Assembly: GCA_041565695.1 (NCBI GenBank)
Contig: JBFGUI010000001.1
Span: forward strand, 1 to 51,675
Length of the DNA: 51,675 nucleotides
Source of the DNA: Kiloniellaceae bacterium
GTDB taxonomy: Bacteria > Pseudomonadota > Alphaproteobacteria > Kiloniellales > Kiloniellaceae
Direction: 5' to 3'
Positions 1 through 10,724 of this stretch are shown here, piece by piece. The position numbers were made by a program, and so were the translations under genes. Under the pieces are notes generated by a model. It was not told where the DNA came from and made no database searches. It was given only the letters and a program-made list of their open reading frames with translations. Every line of letters begins with the position of its first letter. Position 1 is the stretch's first letter.

Positions 1-1025
1 ACAACGGCAAGCTCGATCTCACCGCCGTCGAGGGCCTCGCCGATCTGATCAACGCCGAGACCGAAGCCCAGCGGCGCCAGGCGCTCCGCCAGCTCGAGGG
101 CGGCCTGGCGCGGCGCTGCGGCGACTGGGCGGCGCGGCTCACCCGGGTGCTGGCGCACTTCGAGGCGGCGATCGACTTCGTCGAGGAGGATCTGCCGGCC
201 GACCTCGGGGCGGCGGCCCTGAGGGAGGCGGTCGCCGTGGGCGAGGAGATCGCCGCGGCGCTCGACGACCGGCACCGTGGCGAGCGTCTGCGCGAGGGCC
301 TTTCGGTGGTCATCCTCGGGGCGCCCAACGCGGGCAAGTCGTCGCTGCTGAACGCCCTGGCGCGGCGCGACGTCGCCATCGTCTCGGAGACGGCCGGCAC
401 CACCCGGGACATCGTCGAGGTGCACCTCGACCTGGCCGGCTACCCGGTGACCCTGGCCGACACCGCGGGGCTGCGGCCCGGCGCGGCGGGCGACGATCCG
501 CAGGCGGCGATCGAGCGGCTCGGCATGGCCCGGGCGCGGGAACGGGCGGCCCAGGCCGATGTGACGCTGCTGCTGGTCGACATGGCGGCGGCGCTGGCCG
601 AATCGGACGTCGTGGAACACGCCAGGGCGCTGTGGGACGCGCGGGCGCTGGTGCTGCTCAACAAGGCCGACTGCTGCACCGAGGCCGAGCGGGAACGCCT
701 CTCTGCGGCCCTGGCGGCGTGGGATCCGGTGATCGTTTCGGCTCGGACCGGCCTCGGGCTCGACCGGGCGCTGGCGCGGCTGGTCGGCTTGGCGGAGGAG
801 GCCTTCGGCGGGGCGGAGGCGGCCGCCGGGATTACCCGCCTGCGCCACCGCCGCGCGCTGCAGGAGTGTCGGGAAGCGCTGGTCCGGGCGGGGGCGGCGC
901 TGCTGCCGGAGCTGGTGGCCGAGGAGCTGCGCCTGGCGCTGCGGGCCCTGGGCCGGATCTCCGGGCGGGTCGATGTGGAAGACCTACTAGATATAGTGTT
1001 TGCGGACTTCTGTATTGGCAAGTGA
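1..1025 (+). CDS. mnmE: tRNA modification GTPase MnmE/TrmE (5' truncated by window edge)
   Basis: Frame open from nt 3 (NGKLDLTAVEGLADLINAETEAQRRQA); G1 GAPNAGKSS, GTTRD, DTAG, NKAD; C-terminal FCIGK. Confidence 0.97.
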   Translation, partial: NGKLDLTAVEGLADLINAETEAQRRQALRQLEGGLARRCGDWAARLTRVLAHFEAAIDFVEEDLPADLGAAALREAVAVGEEIAAALDDRHRGERLREGLSVVILGAPNAGKSSLLNALARRDVAIVSETAGTTRDIVEVHLDLAGYPVTLADTAGLRPGAAGDDPQAAIERLGMARARERAAQADVTLLLVDMAAALAESDVVEHARALWDARALVLLNKADCCTEAERERLSAALAAWDPVIVSARTGLGLDRALARLVGLAEEAFGGAEAAAGITRLRHRRALQECREALVRAGAALLPELVAEELRLALRALGRISGRVDVEDLLDIVFADFCIGK

Positions 1026-1042
1026 TAGGGGTACCCCCTAGA

Positions 1043-1058
1043 TGTTTCACGTGAAACA
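1043..1058. promoter_or_regulatory. parS centromere site
   Basis: Perfect 16-bp palindrome TGTTTCACGTGAAACA, in the mnmE-mnmG gap upstream of parAB. Confidence 0.95.
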
Positions 1059-1084
1059 TTGCGAGACATAGGCGCTCGGCACGC

Positions 1085-1112
1085 TTGAATGCGGCCGGCG
1101 GCTTGCTATAAC
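1085..1112 (+). promoter_or_regulatory. sigma70-type promoter for mnmG-rsmG-parAB
   Basis: TTGAAT-N16-TATAAC with extended -10 TG, 28 nt before the mnmG ATG. Confidence 0.6.
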
Positions 1113-1140
1113 CCGCGCAGATGCGCTTGGAGCCCGCGGT

Positions 1141-3057
1141 ATGGGTGAGGGAAACAGCTTCGATGTGATCGTGGTGGGCGGCGGCCATGCCGGCTGCGAG
1201 GCCGCCGGCGCGGCCGCGCGCCTCGGTGCCCGCACCGCCCTGGTCACCCACCGCCGGGACAGCATCGGGGTCATGTCGTGCAACCCGGCCATCGGGGGAC
1301 TCGGCAAGGGCCACCTGGTGCGGGAGATCGATGCGCTGGACGGCGTCATGGGCCGGGTCGCGGATGCGGCCGGGATCCAGTTTCGTGTGCTCAATGCCAG
1401 CAAGGGGCCGGCGGTACGCGGCCCCCGCGCCCAGGCCGACCGCAAGCTCTATCGCCAGGCCATGCAGGCGGTTCTGGGCGCGCAGGCAAACCTGACCATC
1501 GTCGCGGCGGCGGTCGAGGATCTGGTTATCGATGGCGGTGGCCGCTGCAGCGGCGTACGGACAGTCCTGGGCGAGATCCTGGCGGCGGGGGCGGTGGTGC
1601 TGACCACCGGCACCTTCCTGCGCGGTATGATCCACATCGGAGAGGAGAAAATTCCGGCGGGGCGGGTCGGCGAGGCGCCGGCCCTGGGCCTCGCGGCCAG
1701 TCTGGCGCGGGCCGGCTTTACCCTCGGGCGGCTCAAGACCGGCACGCCGCCGCGGCTCGACGGCCGGACGATCGACTACAGCCACCTTACCGAGCAGCCC
1801 GGCGATGCGGTGCCGGAGCCCTTTTCGCGCCTGACCGCGGCCATCAGCCAACGCCAAGTCTGCTGCCACATCACCCATACCACCGAGGCCGGTCATTCGC
1901 TGATCCGCGCCAACCTGGACCGGGCGCCGCTCTATTCCGGGCAGATCGAGTCTGTCGGGCCGCGCTACTGCCCCTCGATCGAAGACAAGGTGGTGCGCTT
2001 CGCCGAGCGGGGCCAGCACCAGATCTTCCTGGAGCCCGAGGGCCTGGACGATGCCACGGTCTATCCCAACGGCATTTCGACCTCGCTGCCACGGGACGTA
2101 CAGCTGGCGCTCCTCAAGACCATTCCGGGGCTGGAACAAGCGGTCATGCTGCAACCCGGCTATGCTATCGAGTATGACTACGTCGACCCGCGCGAGCTCC
2201 TTGTCTCCCTCGAAACCCGGCGTCTGCCGGGTCTGTTCCTCGCCGGTCAGATCAACGGCACCACCGGCTACGAGGAGGCGGCGACCCAGGGCCTGTTGGC
2301 CGGGCTGAACGCGGCGCTGCGCGCCGGGGCCGCCGGCGCCGACGGGGCCGCGGGGGTGTTCACCCTGGACCGCTCGGAAGCCTACATCGGCGTGCTGATC
2401 GACGACCTGGTGACCCGCGGCGTCAGCGAGCCTTACCGGATGTTCACCAGCCGGGCGGAGTACCGCCTGCGTCTCAGGGCCGACAACGCGGACCAGCGGC
2501 TGACCGGCCGGGGCATCGCCCTGGGCTGCGTGGCCGCGCCCCGGCGCCGGGTCTACGAGGATCGTCTGGCGGCCCTGGCCGCGGCGCGGGCCTTGGCGGA
2601 GTCGCTGACCGCGACGCCCAACAGCCTGGCGGCGGCGGGTCTGGCCATCAACCAGGACGGCGTGCGGCGCAGCGCCTTCGAGCTGCTGCGCTACCCGGAG
2701 ATCGACCTGGCCCGGCTGGCGGATGTCTGGCCGGAACTCCGGACCCTGGAGCCGGGCATCGCGCGGCAGATCGAGATCGAGGGCCGTTACCAGGGATACC
2801 TGGCGCGCCAGGAAGCGGACATCCGTGCCTTCCGCAAGGACGAGGCCCTGGAGCTGCCGGCCGACCTGGATTACGGCGCCATCGGCGGCCTCTCCACCGA
2901 GGTCAGGCAGATCCTGTCGAAGGCGCGCCCTGCGACCCTGGGGGCGGCGTCCCGCATCCCCGGCGTGACGCCGGCGGCGACCCTGGCGCTGCTGCGCTTC
3001 GTGCGCAAACGGGAGCGGGCGCCCGGCAGCGCCGCGCCCCGGCCCTCCGCCGCCTGA
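1141..3057 (+). CDS. mnmG: tRNA uridine-5-carboxymethylaminomethyl modification enzyme MnmG/GidA
   Basis: [70 protein letters not shown]. Confidence 0.98.
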   Translation: MGEGNSFDVIVVGGGHAGCEAAGAAARLGARTALVTHRRDSIGVMSCNPAIGGLGKGHLVREIDALDGVMGRVADAAGIQFRVLNASKGPAVRGPRAQADRKLYRQAMQAVLGAQANLTIVAAAVEDLVIDGGGRCSGVRTVLGEILAAGAVVLTTGTFLRGMIHIGEEKIPAGRVGEAPALGLAASLARAGFTLGRLKTGTPPRLDGRTIDYSHLTEQPGDAVPEPFSRLTAAISQRQVCCHITHTTEAGHSLIRANLDRAPLYSGQIESVGPRYCPSIEDKVVRFAERGQHQIFLEPEGLDDATVYPNGISTSLPRDVQLALLKTIPGLEQAVMLQPGYAIEYDYVDPRELLVSLETRRLPGLFLAGQINGTTGYEEAATQGLLAGLNAALRAGAAGADGAAGVFTLDRSEAYIGVLIDDLVTRGVSEPYRMFTSRAEYRLRLRADNADQRLTGRGIALGCVAAPRRRVYEDRLAALAAARALAESLTATPNSLAAAGLAINQDGVRRSAFELLRYPEIDLARLADVWPELRTLEPGIARQIEIEGRYQGYLARQEADIRAFRKDEALELPADLDYGAIGGLSTEVRQILSKARPATLGAASRIPGVTPAATLALLRFVRKRERAPGSAAPRPSAA

Positions 3058-3099
3058 GGGTGGCGCCATGCCGCCGGTTGGGGAGGGGGCCCGCCGCCG

Positions 3100-3756
3100 A
3101 TGAGGCCCGAGGAATTCCAGGCCCGCTTCGCTGTTTCACGTGAAACAATGGCGCGCTTCCGCCGCTACGCAGCGCTGCTCGTCAAATGGAACCGGGCCAT
3201 CAACCTGGTCGGCCCGAAGACACTGGACGATCTCTGGCGGCGTCATTTCCTCGACTCGGCCCAGCTGCGGACTTATCTGCCGCAGGTGCCCGACACCGGG
3301 GAACGGCAGATCCTCGATGTCGGTGCCGGCGCCGGTTTTCCCGGCATGGTCCTTGCCCTGCTGGACTGCGGCCGGGTCCACCTCGTGGAGTCCGACCAGC
3401 GCAAGGCCCAGTTTCTGCGCGAGGTGGCGCGGGAAACCGGCGCGCCGGTCGAGGTCCATGCCGCACGGGTCGAAAGCCTGCGCCAGCCACAGGATCTGCC
3501 GGAAATCGACGTGGTCACCTGCCGGGCCTTCGCCCCGCTGCCTCGGTTGCTGGCCCTGACCGAGCGCTTTCTGCTGCCGCGGGAGGGCAAAAAACAGCCC
3601 GTCGGCCTGTTTCTGAAGGGGCGTCGGGTGGAAGAGGAATTGACCGAAGCGGGCAAAAAGTGGAGACTGCAGCTAGACCGCTTTGAGAGCGAGAGTGATC
3701 CTGAGGGGTCAATCCTGCGTCTCAAGCTTCTATCTCTTGGGGATGGAACGTCTTGA
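3100..3756 (+). CDS. rsmG: 16S rRNA m7G527 methyltransferase RsmG/GidB
   Basis: WNRAINLV, RHFLDS, DVGAGAGFPG SAM motif, CRAFA; lies between mnmG and parA. Confidence 0.95.
   Translation: MRPEEFQARFAVSRETMARFRRYAALLVKWNRAINLVGPKTLDDLWRRHFLDSAQLRTYLPQVPDTGERQILDVGAGAGFPGMVLALLDCGRVHLVESDQRKAQFLREVARETGAPVEVHAARVESLRQPQDLPEIDVVTCRAFAPLPRLLALTERFLLPREGKKQPVGLFLKGRRVEEELTEAGKKWRLQLDRFESESDPEGSILRLKLLSLGDGTS
3132..3147. promoter_or_regulatory. second parS site, inside rsmG
   Basis: Perfect TGTTTCACGTGAAACA, read as VSRET in RsmG. Confidence 0.93.
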
Positions 3757-4607
3757 ATCTACAACATGTTGACGCGCAGCCGGAGCGCGGGACGATCCCG
3801 CCGACGCCGATCGCGACCCGTGTGCTCGCTGTCGCCAACCAGAAGGGCGGCGTCGGCAAGACCACGACCACAGTGAATCTGGCCACGGCGCTGGCCGCCT
3901 GCGACAAGCGGGTGCTTATCATCGACCTGGATCCCCAGGGCAATGCCAGCACCGGCCTGGGAGTCGCGGCGAACAAACGCGACCACAGTGCCTACCAGGT
4001 GCTGCTCGACGGCATGCCGCTGATGGAGGCGGTGACCCGCACCCTGGTGCCGGGCATGGACATCGTTCCCTCGGGGGTCGATCTCTCCGGCGCCGAGCTC
4101 GAGCTGATCGACGTGCCGCAGCGCGAGTACCGCCTGCGGGACGCGATCCGGGCGGCGCGGGGGACCTATGATTTCGTGCTGATCGACTGCCCGCCGGCGC
4201 TCGGCCTGCTGACCCTCAATGCGCTGGTCGCGGCAGATTCGGTGCTGGTTCCACTGCAGGCGGAGTTCTACGCGCTGGAGGGTCTCAGCCACCTGCTGCG
4301 GACCATCGACCGGGTACGCCGCAGCCTCAACACCGGGCTGTCGCTGCAGGGTGTGGTGCTCACCATGTTCGACCGGCGCAACAATCTCTGCGAGATGGTT
4401 GCGGCCGATGTGCGCGAGTATCTGGGCGAACGGGTCTACAAGACCATGATCCCACGCAACGTGCGGGTCTCCGAGGCGCCGTCGCACGGCAAGCCGGTGC
4501 TGCTCTATGATATGCGCTGCGCCGGCGCCCAGGCTTACATCCGCCTGGCGCGGGAGATCCTGCAGCGCGAGAACGAGCTGACCGGGCAGCCGGCCCTGGC
4601 CTCCTAG
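3753..4607 (+). CDS. parA: chromosome partitioning ATPase ParA/Soj
   Basis: Deviant Walker A NQKGGVGKTTT, DLDPQGNAS, IDCPP, IPRNVRVSEAPSHG; TTG start uncertain. Confidence 0.96.
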   Translation: MNLQHVDAQPERGTIPPTPIATRVLAVANQKGGVGKTTTTVNLATALAACDKRVLIIDLDPQGNASTGLGVAANKRDHSAYQVLLDGMPLMEAVTRTLVPGMDIVPSGVDLSGAELELIDVPQREYRLRDAIRAARGTYDFVLIDCPPALGLLTLNALVAADSVLVPLQAEFYALEGLSHLLRTIDRVRRSLNTGLSLQGVVLTMFDRRNNLCEMVAADVREYLGERVYKTMIPRNVRVSEAPSHGKPVLLYDMRCAGAQAYIRLAREILQRENELTGQPALAS

Positions 4608-4717
4608 GGGCAGACCGGGACCGGATAATCATTCCGATAACGGAATGAATGCTGCCGGCGCAAGAGGCCGCGAGGGGTGGGTCCTGGCGGCGCGGCCGGC
4701 AGAGGGAAGACGACGAC

Positions 4718-5638
4718 ATGACTGACGGGCCATCATCGGAACACGGCAAGCGGACCAATCTCGGCCGCGGCTTGGCCGCGCTGTTCGGCGAAGAAAACGA
4801 GGACTACGCCTCCCTCGACAAGGTGCGCTCGACCAAGACCGTCCCGATCGAACACCTGCGCCCGGGCCGTTATCAGCCACGCCATCGTTTCGATGCCGAA
4901 ACGGTAAACGCCCTGGCCGAATCGATCAAGGCGCAGGGCATCCTGCAGCCGATCCTGGTGCGGCGGGTGCCCGACCGACCCAACGAGTTCGAGATCGTCG
5001 CCGGCGAGCGGCGCTGGCGCGCCGCCCAGATCGCCAAGCTGCACGAGGTGCCGGTCCTCATCCGCGACCTGACGGATGCGGAATCCCTCGAGCTGGCCAT
5101 CGTCGAGAATGTCCAAAGACAAGACCTGACCCCACTGGAAGAGGCCGAGGGCTACCGCCGTCTGATCGACGAGTTCCAGCACACCCAGGAGGATCTGGCG
5201 CGCAGCCTGGGCAAGAGCCGCAGCCACATCGCCAACACCCTGCGCCTGCTCGGCCTGCCCGAGAGCATCAAGACCCTGGTGGAAGAGGGCCAGCTGACCG
5301 CCGGCCATGCCCGCGCCCTGCTCGGTTGCGACAACGCCGAGGAACTGGCCGACAGGATCGTGCGCCAGGGTCTCAACGTGCGCCAGGCGGAAAAGCTGGT
5401 GCAGGACGCCAAATCGTCCGCCGGCACGGCCCGCAAGTCGAAAAAGCCGGCCGCGGAGCCTCCGGCCAAGGACACCGACACCCTGGCACTCGAACGCGAT
5501 CTCACTGCGCTGCTCGGCCTCAAGGTCAGCATCAACTTCCAGGGCAGTGGCGGCTCCCTGACGATCCACTACAAGACCCTGGAACAGCTGGACGACGTGC
5601 TGCACCGGCTGAACCAGATGCCGCCGCCAGCGCTTTAA
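4718..5638 (+). CDS. parB: chromosome partitioning CTPase ParB/Spo0J
   Basis: LGRGLAALF ParA-activating peptide, GERRWRA, ENVQRQDL, HTH KSRSHIANTLRLL; ATG 4718 follows AGAGGGAAG. Confidence 0.96.
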   Translation: MTDGPSSEHGKRTNLGRGLAALFGEENEDYASLDKVRSTKTVPIEHLRPGRYQPRHRFDAETVNALAESIKAQGILQPILVRRVPDRPNEFEIVAGERRWRAAQIAKLHEVPVLIRDLTDAESLELAIVENVQRQDLTPLEEAEGYRRLIDEFQHTQEDLARSLGKSRSHIANTLRLLGLPESIKTLVEEGQLTAGHARALLGCDNAEELADRIVRQGLNVRQAEKLVQDAKSSAGTARKSKKPAAEPPAKDTDTLALERDLTALLGLKVSINFQGSGGSLTIHYKTLEQLDDVLHRLNQMPPPAL

Positions 5639-5662
5639 GCCAATTTCCGACGGGCAGAGCTC

Positions 5663-6691
5663 TCAGCCGGCGCGCCGCCGGCCCCCCGGCGCATTGGCGG
5701 CGATCTCCAGCAACGCGCGTGCCGCCAAGGTTTCCGCCGGCGCGCCGCTGCGCTTGCAGGCCGCCTCTGCTTCCAGCAGCCGCTCCAGCGCCCGGGCAAG
5801 CTGGGCCGGGCGCCAGGCCGCTGCCTGGGCCTTGAAGGCGGGCGCCAATTTCCAGAACACCGGCGGCCGCAGCTGCTTCATCGCCACCTCGGCGCCGCCC
5901 GGCGCACCGGCCACCACGTGGAGGCGCTGGAAGTGGCGGGCGGCCGCGCGCAGCAGCGTGACCGGCGCGTTGCCTTCGGCGAAACTGCGCGCCAGGGCAC
6001 GTTCCAGGGCCGCCAGATCCCCGCTGCCCGTCGCCAGGGCGACGTCGTCGAGACTGAGCAGCGCCGAGTCGCCGACACAGGCCACCGCGTCCTCGAGCGA
6101 GACCTCGCCGCCCCCTGCCTTGTAGAGCGCCAGCTTCTCGAGCTCGCTGCGGGTCAGGCCCCGGTCGCCGCCGAGCTGTCCGGCGAGGAAGTCGACCGCT
6201 TCCCGGCTGATGCCGAGACCGGCCTTGGAGAAGTAGCCGCGAATCACCTCCGGCAGGCTGCGTTCGTCGTCGTGGTAGCAGGCCAGCGCCACCGCGCTCT
6301 TGTCGCCTTCGAACAGCTTGCGCAGGCTCGAGCGTGCCGGCAGGTCATCGCCCTCGACCACCACGAAGGCCTCGCCCGGTGACCCGGCCAGAAAGTCCTT
6401 CAAAACCGCCGTCGCCTTGTCACTCACATCGCGTACGCGTACAAAACGCGAGCCGCCGCCAAAGACCAGCGCCGCGGCCTCGTCCGCCAAGCGCGCCGGG
6501 TCCTCCGCCAGCTGGCTGCCGCTCAACTCGGTTACGGAGAAGGGATCATTGGGATCGTCGACCACATGGGCCAGCAGCGCGGCACTGCGCTCGCGCCGCA
6601 GGCCCGCGTCCGGACCGTACAACAGCACCGCACGTACGTTCGGATCCGGTTGCTGGATAAAGCGTTCCGCCTGCCTGCCACTCAGCTTCAC
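5663..6691 (-). CDS. holA: DNA polymerase III subunit delta
   Basis: LLYGPDAGL, ELEKLALY, LRPPVFWK; standard leuS-lptE-holA order. Confidence 0.92.
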   Translation of the reverse strand: MKLSGRQAERFIQQPDPNVRAVLLYGPDAGLRRERSAALLAHVVDDPNDPFSVTELSGSQLAEDPARLADEAAALVFGGGSRFVRVRDVSDKATAVLKDFLAGSPGEAFVVVEGDDLPARSSLRKLFEGDKSAVALACYHDDERSLPEVIRGYFSKAGLGISREAVDFLAGQLGGDRGLTRSELEKLALYKAGGGEVSLEDAVACVGDSALLSLDDVALATGSGDLAALERALARSFAEGNAPVTLLRAAARHFQRLHVVAGAPGGAEVAMKQLRPPVFWKLAPAFKAQAAAWRPAQLARALERLLEAEAACKRSGAPAETLAARALLEIAANAPGGRRRAG

Positions 6692-6709
6692 GGCCGGCCT
6701 CCCGGCGGA

Positions 6710-7240
6710 TCAGCCGTTGGCAAAATAGAGAGCAAGCCGGGTCTGGATGTCATCGGCGAGCTCGCGCAGGGCGCGTTCGCGCGCATCGCCTTCGGACACC
6801 GTCGTCGCAAAGGGATTCTCCAGGATGTCGTAGCTCGTGGTCGACGTGGACTGTCCGCTGAACAGGGACTGGCCGCCGCTGACATCGAGCAGCGAAAACT
6901 TCGCCTGCATGCGCAGGTTCGCGCGGGTCGCCGTTTCGTCGCGTCGCACGCCGAGCTCACTCAGGGTTTCGGTCAGCTCGACGCGCAGACGATAGCTGGG
7001 CGACAGCGGCTGTCCGTCCGGATTGAGCCGGTCGCGCAGGAAGTTGTGCATCTGCTGGCCGACGCGGTCGCGCAGCGGGTCGATGCGCACCGCGGCAAGC
7101 TCGGTCGCGACGCTCGATTGTGCCTGCTGCTGTGGCTGGCCGTAGAGCGGCTGGAAGCCGCAGGCGGCGAGCCCGAGCAGACCCAGCGCCGCCACGCAGT
7201 GCAACGCGCCGCGCCGGAGCTTTCTGCTAGACCACGACAT
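6710..7240 (-). CDS. lptE: LPS assembly lipoprotein LptE
   Basis: Lipobox LAAC followed by GFQPLYG; lies between leuS and holA; start set at MSWSS (7240). Confidence 0.88.
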   Translation of the reverse strand: MSWSSRKLRRGALHCVAALGLLGLAACGFQPLYGQPQQQAQSSVATELAAVRIDPLRDRVGQQMHNFLRDRLNPDGQPLSPSYRLRVELTETLSELGVRRDETATRANLRMQAKFSLLDVSGGQSLFSGQSTSTTSYDILENPFATTVSEGDARERALRELADDIQTRLALYFANG

Positions 7241-9803
7241 TGACGATCCGGTTCCTGACCACGATGACCTTGCGCGCCGTCTTGCCGTCCATCGCGCGCT
7301 GCACCGAAGGCTCGGCCAGCGCCGCCGCCCTGGCCTCGTCCTCGGCGGCGTCGACGGGCAGGGTGATCGTAGCACGTTTCTTGCCGTTCACCTGCACCGC
7401 GAGTGTCGCCTGCGCATCGCTGATCAGCGCGGGATCCGCTTCCGGCCAGGGCTCGTAGACTAGGAAGTCGCCGTGGCCGAGCAGCTGCCACAGCTCCTCC
7501 GCCAGGTGCGGCATCATCGGCGCCACCAGGCGCACCAGCAGGTCGAGGCCCTCGCGCAGCACCCAGTAGTCGCCGGCATCCTGCGCCTTAAAGGCGCCCA
7601 GGCTGTTGGCCAGTTCGTAGATTCGTGCTACCGCCCGGTTGAAGCGGAACTGCTCCAGATCCTCGCCGCAGGCGGCGACTGTCTTGTGCACGCTCCGGCG
7701 CAGCTCCTCGGCGGCCGGCGACAGGCGCCCGGGCAACGGCGTGGCGCCGGCGGAAAGCCGCTCCAGGTTATCGCTGACGAGACGCCAGAGGCGCTGCGAG
7801 AAGCGCCAGGCGCCTTCGACGCCGGCGTCGGTCCACTCCATGTCGCGCTCCGGCGGCGAGTCCGACAACATGAACCAGCGCGCCGTATCGGCGCCGTAAG
7901 TCGAGATGATGGCCTCGGGATCGACCACGTTGCGCTTCGACTTGCTCATCTTCTCGGCGCGGCCGATGGCGACCGGCGCCTGGCTGTCGGCATGGCGCGC
8001 CGAGCCATCGGCGGCCTTCTCGACCTCTTCGGGGAACAGCCAGCGGCCATCCGCGCTCCGATAGGTCTCGTGGCAGACCATCCCCTGGGTGAACAGACCG
8101 GCGAAGGGCTCCTTCACGCCGAGGTAGCCGGTGGCCGCCAGCGCACGGGTGAAGAAGCGCGCGTAGAGCAGATGCAGGATGGCATGCTCGATGCCGCCGA
8201 TGTACTGGTCGACCGGCAGCCAGTAGTCGACCGCCGCGCGATCGACCGGCCCTGCGGCCCGCGGGCTGCAGAAGCGCGCGAAGTACCAGGCCGAGTCCAC
8301 GAAGGTGTCCATGGTATCCGTATCGCGTTCGGCCGCGCCGCCGCAGCCGGGGCAGGTCGTCTTTTTCCAGCTCGGGTGATGCGCCAGCGGATTGCCCGGA
8401 CGATCGAAGGTCACATCATCCGGCAGGGTCACCGGCAGCTGGTCGGCCGGCACCGGCTGCGGCCCGCAGGCCGGACAGTGAATCACCGGGATCGGACAGC
8501 CCCAATAGCGCTGGCGCGAGATGCCCCAGTCGCGCAGGCGGTACTGCACGGTGCCTTCGCCGTCGCCCTGGGCGGCCAGCTTGTCAATCGCCGCGCGCTT
8601 GGCCTCGTCCACCGCCAGGCCGTCGAGGAAACCGGAATTGAAAGCCCGGCCTTCGCCCGTATAGGCCTCGTCGGCGATCTCGAAGGTCGCGGCCTCGGCC
8701 TCCGGCGGCAGCACCACGGGGATCACTGAGAGGCCGTACTTCCGCGCGAAGTCGAGGTCGCGCTGGTCATGCGCCGGGCAGCCGAAGATGGCGCCGGTGC
8801 CATATTCCATCAGCACGAAGTTGGCGATGTAGACCGGCAGCTTGACCTCCGGCAGGAAGGGATGCTGCACCGTCAGTCCGGTGTCGAAGCCCTGTTTCTC
8901 CGCGGTCTCGATGACTTCCTCGCTGGTGCCCAGGCGATTGCACTCGGCGACGAAGGCGGCCGCGGCGGGATTGCCTTCGGCGATCTCCGCCGACAGCGGA
9001 TGGTTGGCCGCCAGGGCGGAGAAGGAGGCGCCGAACAGCGTGTCCGGCCGGGTGGTGAAAACGGTCAGGCGGTCATCCTGGCCGGCGGGGCGCCCGTCGA
9101 TGCGGAAGTGGATCGTCGCGCCCTCGGAGCGTCCGATCCAGTTGCGCTGCATGAGCCGCACCTTTTCCGGCCAGCGCTCCAGATCGTCCAGGGCGGCGAG
9201 CAGTTCGTCGGAAAAGGCGGTGATGCGGAAGAACCACTGCGACAGCTTGCGCCGCTCGATCGGGGCGCCCGAGCGCCAGCCCTTGCCGTCGATGACCTGC
9301 TCGTTGGCCAGCACGGTCTGGTCGACCGGGTCCCAGTTGACCGAGGATTCCTTCCGGTAGACCAGCCCGGCCTGCATCATGTCGACGAAGAGACGCTGCT
9401 GCTGGGCGTAGTAGCCCGGATGGCAGGTGGCGATCTCGCGGCTCCAGTCGAGCGACAGGCCCATCAGCTTCAGCTGGGCGCGCATGGTGGCGATGTTCTC
9501 GTAGGTCCACTGCGCCGGGTGCACGCCGCGTTCCATGGCGGCGTTCTCCGCCGGCAGACCGAAGGCGTCCCAGCCCATCGGGTGCAGCACGTTGAAGCCC
9601 TTGGCCCGCTTGTAGCGCGCCACCACGTCGCCGATGGTGTAGTTGCGCACGTGCCCCTTGTGGATCTTGCCCGAAGGGTAGGGGAACATCTCCAGCACGT
9701 AGTACTTCTCGCGGCCGTGATCTTCGTGCACGGCAAAGCAATCGGCTTCAGCCCAGAGCTTCTGCCACTTCTCTTCGGTTTCCTTGGCGTTGTAGCGGCT
9801 CAT
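7227..9803 (-). CDS. leuS: leucine--tRNA ligase
   Basis: [27 protein letters not shown] editing domain, [13 protein letters not shown]; HIGH motif reads HKGH. Confidence 0.98.
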   Translation of the reverse strand: MSRYNAKETEEKWQKLWAEADCFAVHEDHGREKYYVLEMFPYPSGKIHKGHVRNYTIGDVVARYKRAKGFNVLHPMGWDAFGLPAENAAMERGVHPAQWTYENIATMRAQLKLMGLSLDWSREIATCHPGYYAQQQRLFVDMMQAGLVYRKESSVNWDPVDQTVLANEQVIDGKGWRSGAPIERRKLSQWFFRITAFSDELLAALDDLERWPEKVRLMQRNWIGRSEGATIHFRIDGRPAGQDDRLTVFTTRPDTLFGASFSALAANHPLSAEIAEGNPAAAAFVAECNRLGTSEEVIETAEKQGFDTGLTVQHPFLPEVKLPVYIANFVLMEYGTGAIFGCPAHDQRDLDFARKYGLSVIPVVLPPEAEAATFEIADEAYTGEGRAFNSGFLDGLAVDEAKRAAIDKLAAQGDGEGTVQYRLRDWGISRQRYWGCPIPVIHCPACGPQPVPADQLPVTLPDDVTFDRPGNPLAHHPSWKKTTCPGCGGAAERDTDTMDTFVDSAWYFARFCSPRAAGPVDRAAVDYWLPVDQYIGGIEHAILHLLYARFFTRALAATGYLGVKEPFAGLFTQGMVCHETYRSADGRWLFPEEVEKAADGSARHADSQAPVAIGRAEKMSKSKRNVVDPEAIISTYGADTARWFMLSDSPPERDMEWTDAGVEGAWRFSQRLWRLVSDNLERLSAGATPLPGRLSPAAEELRRSVHKTVAACGEDLEQFRFNRAVARIYELANSLGAFKAQDAGDYWVLREGLDLLVRLVAPMMPHLAEELWQLLGHGDFLVYEPWPEADPALISDAQATLAVQVNGKKRATITLPVDAAEDEARAAALAEPSVQRAMDGKTARKVIVVRNRIVNVVV

Positions 9804-9948
9804 GTCGGGATCGCGGACTGGAGGGAATTAGGCCGGCACCGCTGTCCCGGCGCCGGGCGGGCTGGGCCCTGCCTCAACCCGCAGGGCCCGCCGCGGGCCG
9901 GCCTGGCGGCGCGGCCCCGGGCGCGCGTCGGCTGGGGCCGCGGTGGGC

Positions 9949-10503
9949 CTACTGGAGCGAGGCGATGCGCAGCTGGCGGGCGCGCGTCAGGATGGCGTTT
10001 TCGAGATCGGTCGGCGTCTGCGCTTCGATGGAGGCATCGACCCAGGCACCGGACTGGGCATCGCGCAGCTGCCGGAACACGGCCGCCCGCACGCCGTCGG
10101 CGCGCAGGTCGCGACCGAGGATGTAGACGTTGATCTTGAAGCGCTCGTTGATGGATTCCGGCGGCGAGTACCAGTCGGTGATAATCACGCCACCGAAGGG
10201 ATCAGCGGAGGCCAGCGGCATGAAGGAAATGGTGTCGAGCGAGGCCCGCCACAGATAGGAATTCACGCCGATACCGCCCTCGCCGCCGACACCCGGGCGC
10301 TCGACATCCTCGCCGCCAACCCGGATGCGGTCGTTGCCGAGCAGCGAGCCGCCGGTTTCCTCGTACTTTTCCGCGGTTTCGTCGCGGTACTTGGCTTCGC
10401 CGCCCAGGCCGCAACCCGCCAGGGTCAGGGTCAGGGCCAGCGCCATCCAGCGCCAGCCGGCGCTGTTCCTGCAAGAAGTCGCCCCAAAGGCCGTGCGTTC
10501 CAT
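9949..10503 (-). CDS. DUF3576-type conserved lipoprotein
   Basis: Lipobox LAGC; VNSYLWRASLDTISFMPLASADPFGGVIITDWY; typical neighbour of leuS in alphaproteobacteria; start uncertain. Confidence 0.85.
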   Translation of the reverse strand: MERTAFGATSCRNSAGWRWMALALTLTLAGCGLGGEAKYRDETAEKYEETGGSLLGNDRIRVGGEDVERPGVGGEGGIGVNSYLWRASLDTISFMPLASADPFGGVIITDWYSPPESINERFKINVYILGRDLRADGVRAAVFRQLRDAQSGAWVDASIEAQTPTDLENAILTRARQLRIASLQ

Positions 10504-10659
10504 CGATTCTACGCCCCTGCGTGGTGCCATCGGCCACCGCCGCGCCCCGCAGGGGCGGCGGCGGCCTGAAATGTCTGTCGAGTAGATATCATAGGGCCCA
10601 AAAGCGGGCAAAAAGAAATAAAGACACCAGAGGCCGCCGCTCCGGCGCGAAACGGGGGC

Positions 10660-10698
10660 CGAAAACGAACGGGGCGGCACCCGAAGGTGCCGCCCCGT
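10660..10698 (-). terminator. Rho-independent terminator of porin gene
   Basis: 13-bp stem ACGGGGCGGCACC/GGTGCCGCCCCGT with cUUCGg loop, followed by TCGTTTTC on the minus strand. Confidence 0.85.
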
Positions 10699-10724
10699 CA
10701 AACGACTGGGTTGTGTGGTCCGGC

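Noticed and set aside
832-3069. 745-aa antisense ORF over mnmG
   Set aside because: Shadow ORF typical of high-GC codon bias; no recognisable motifs
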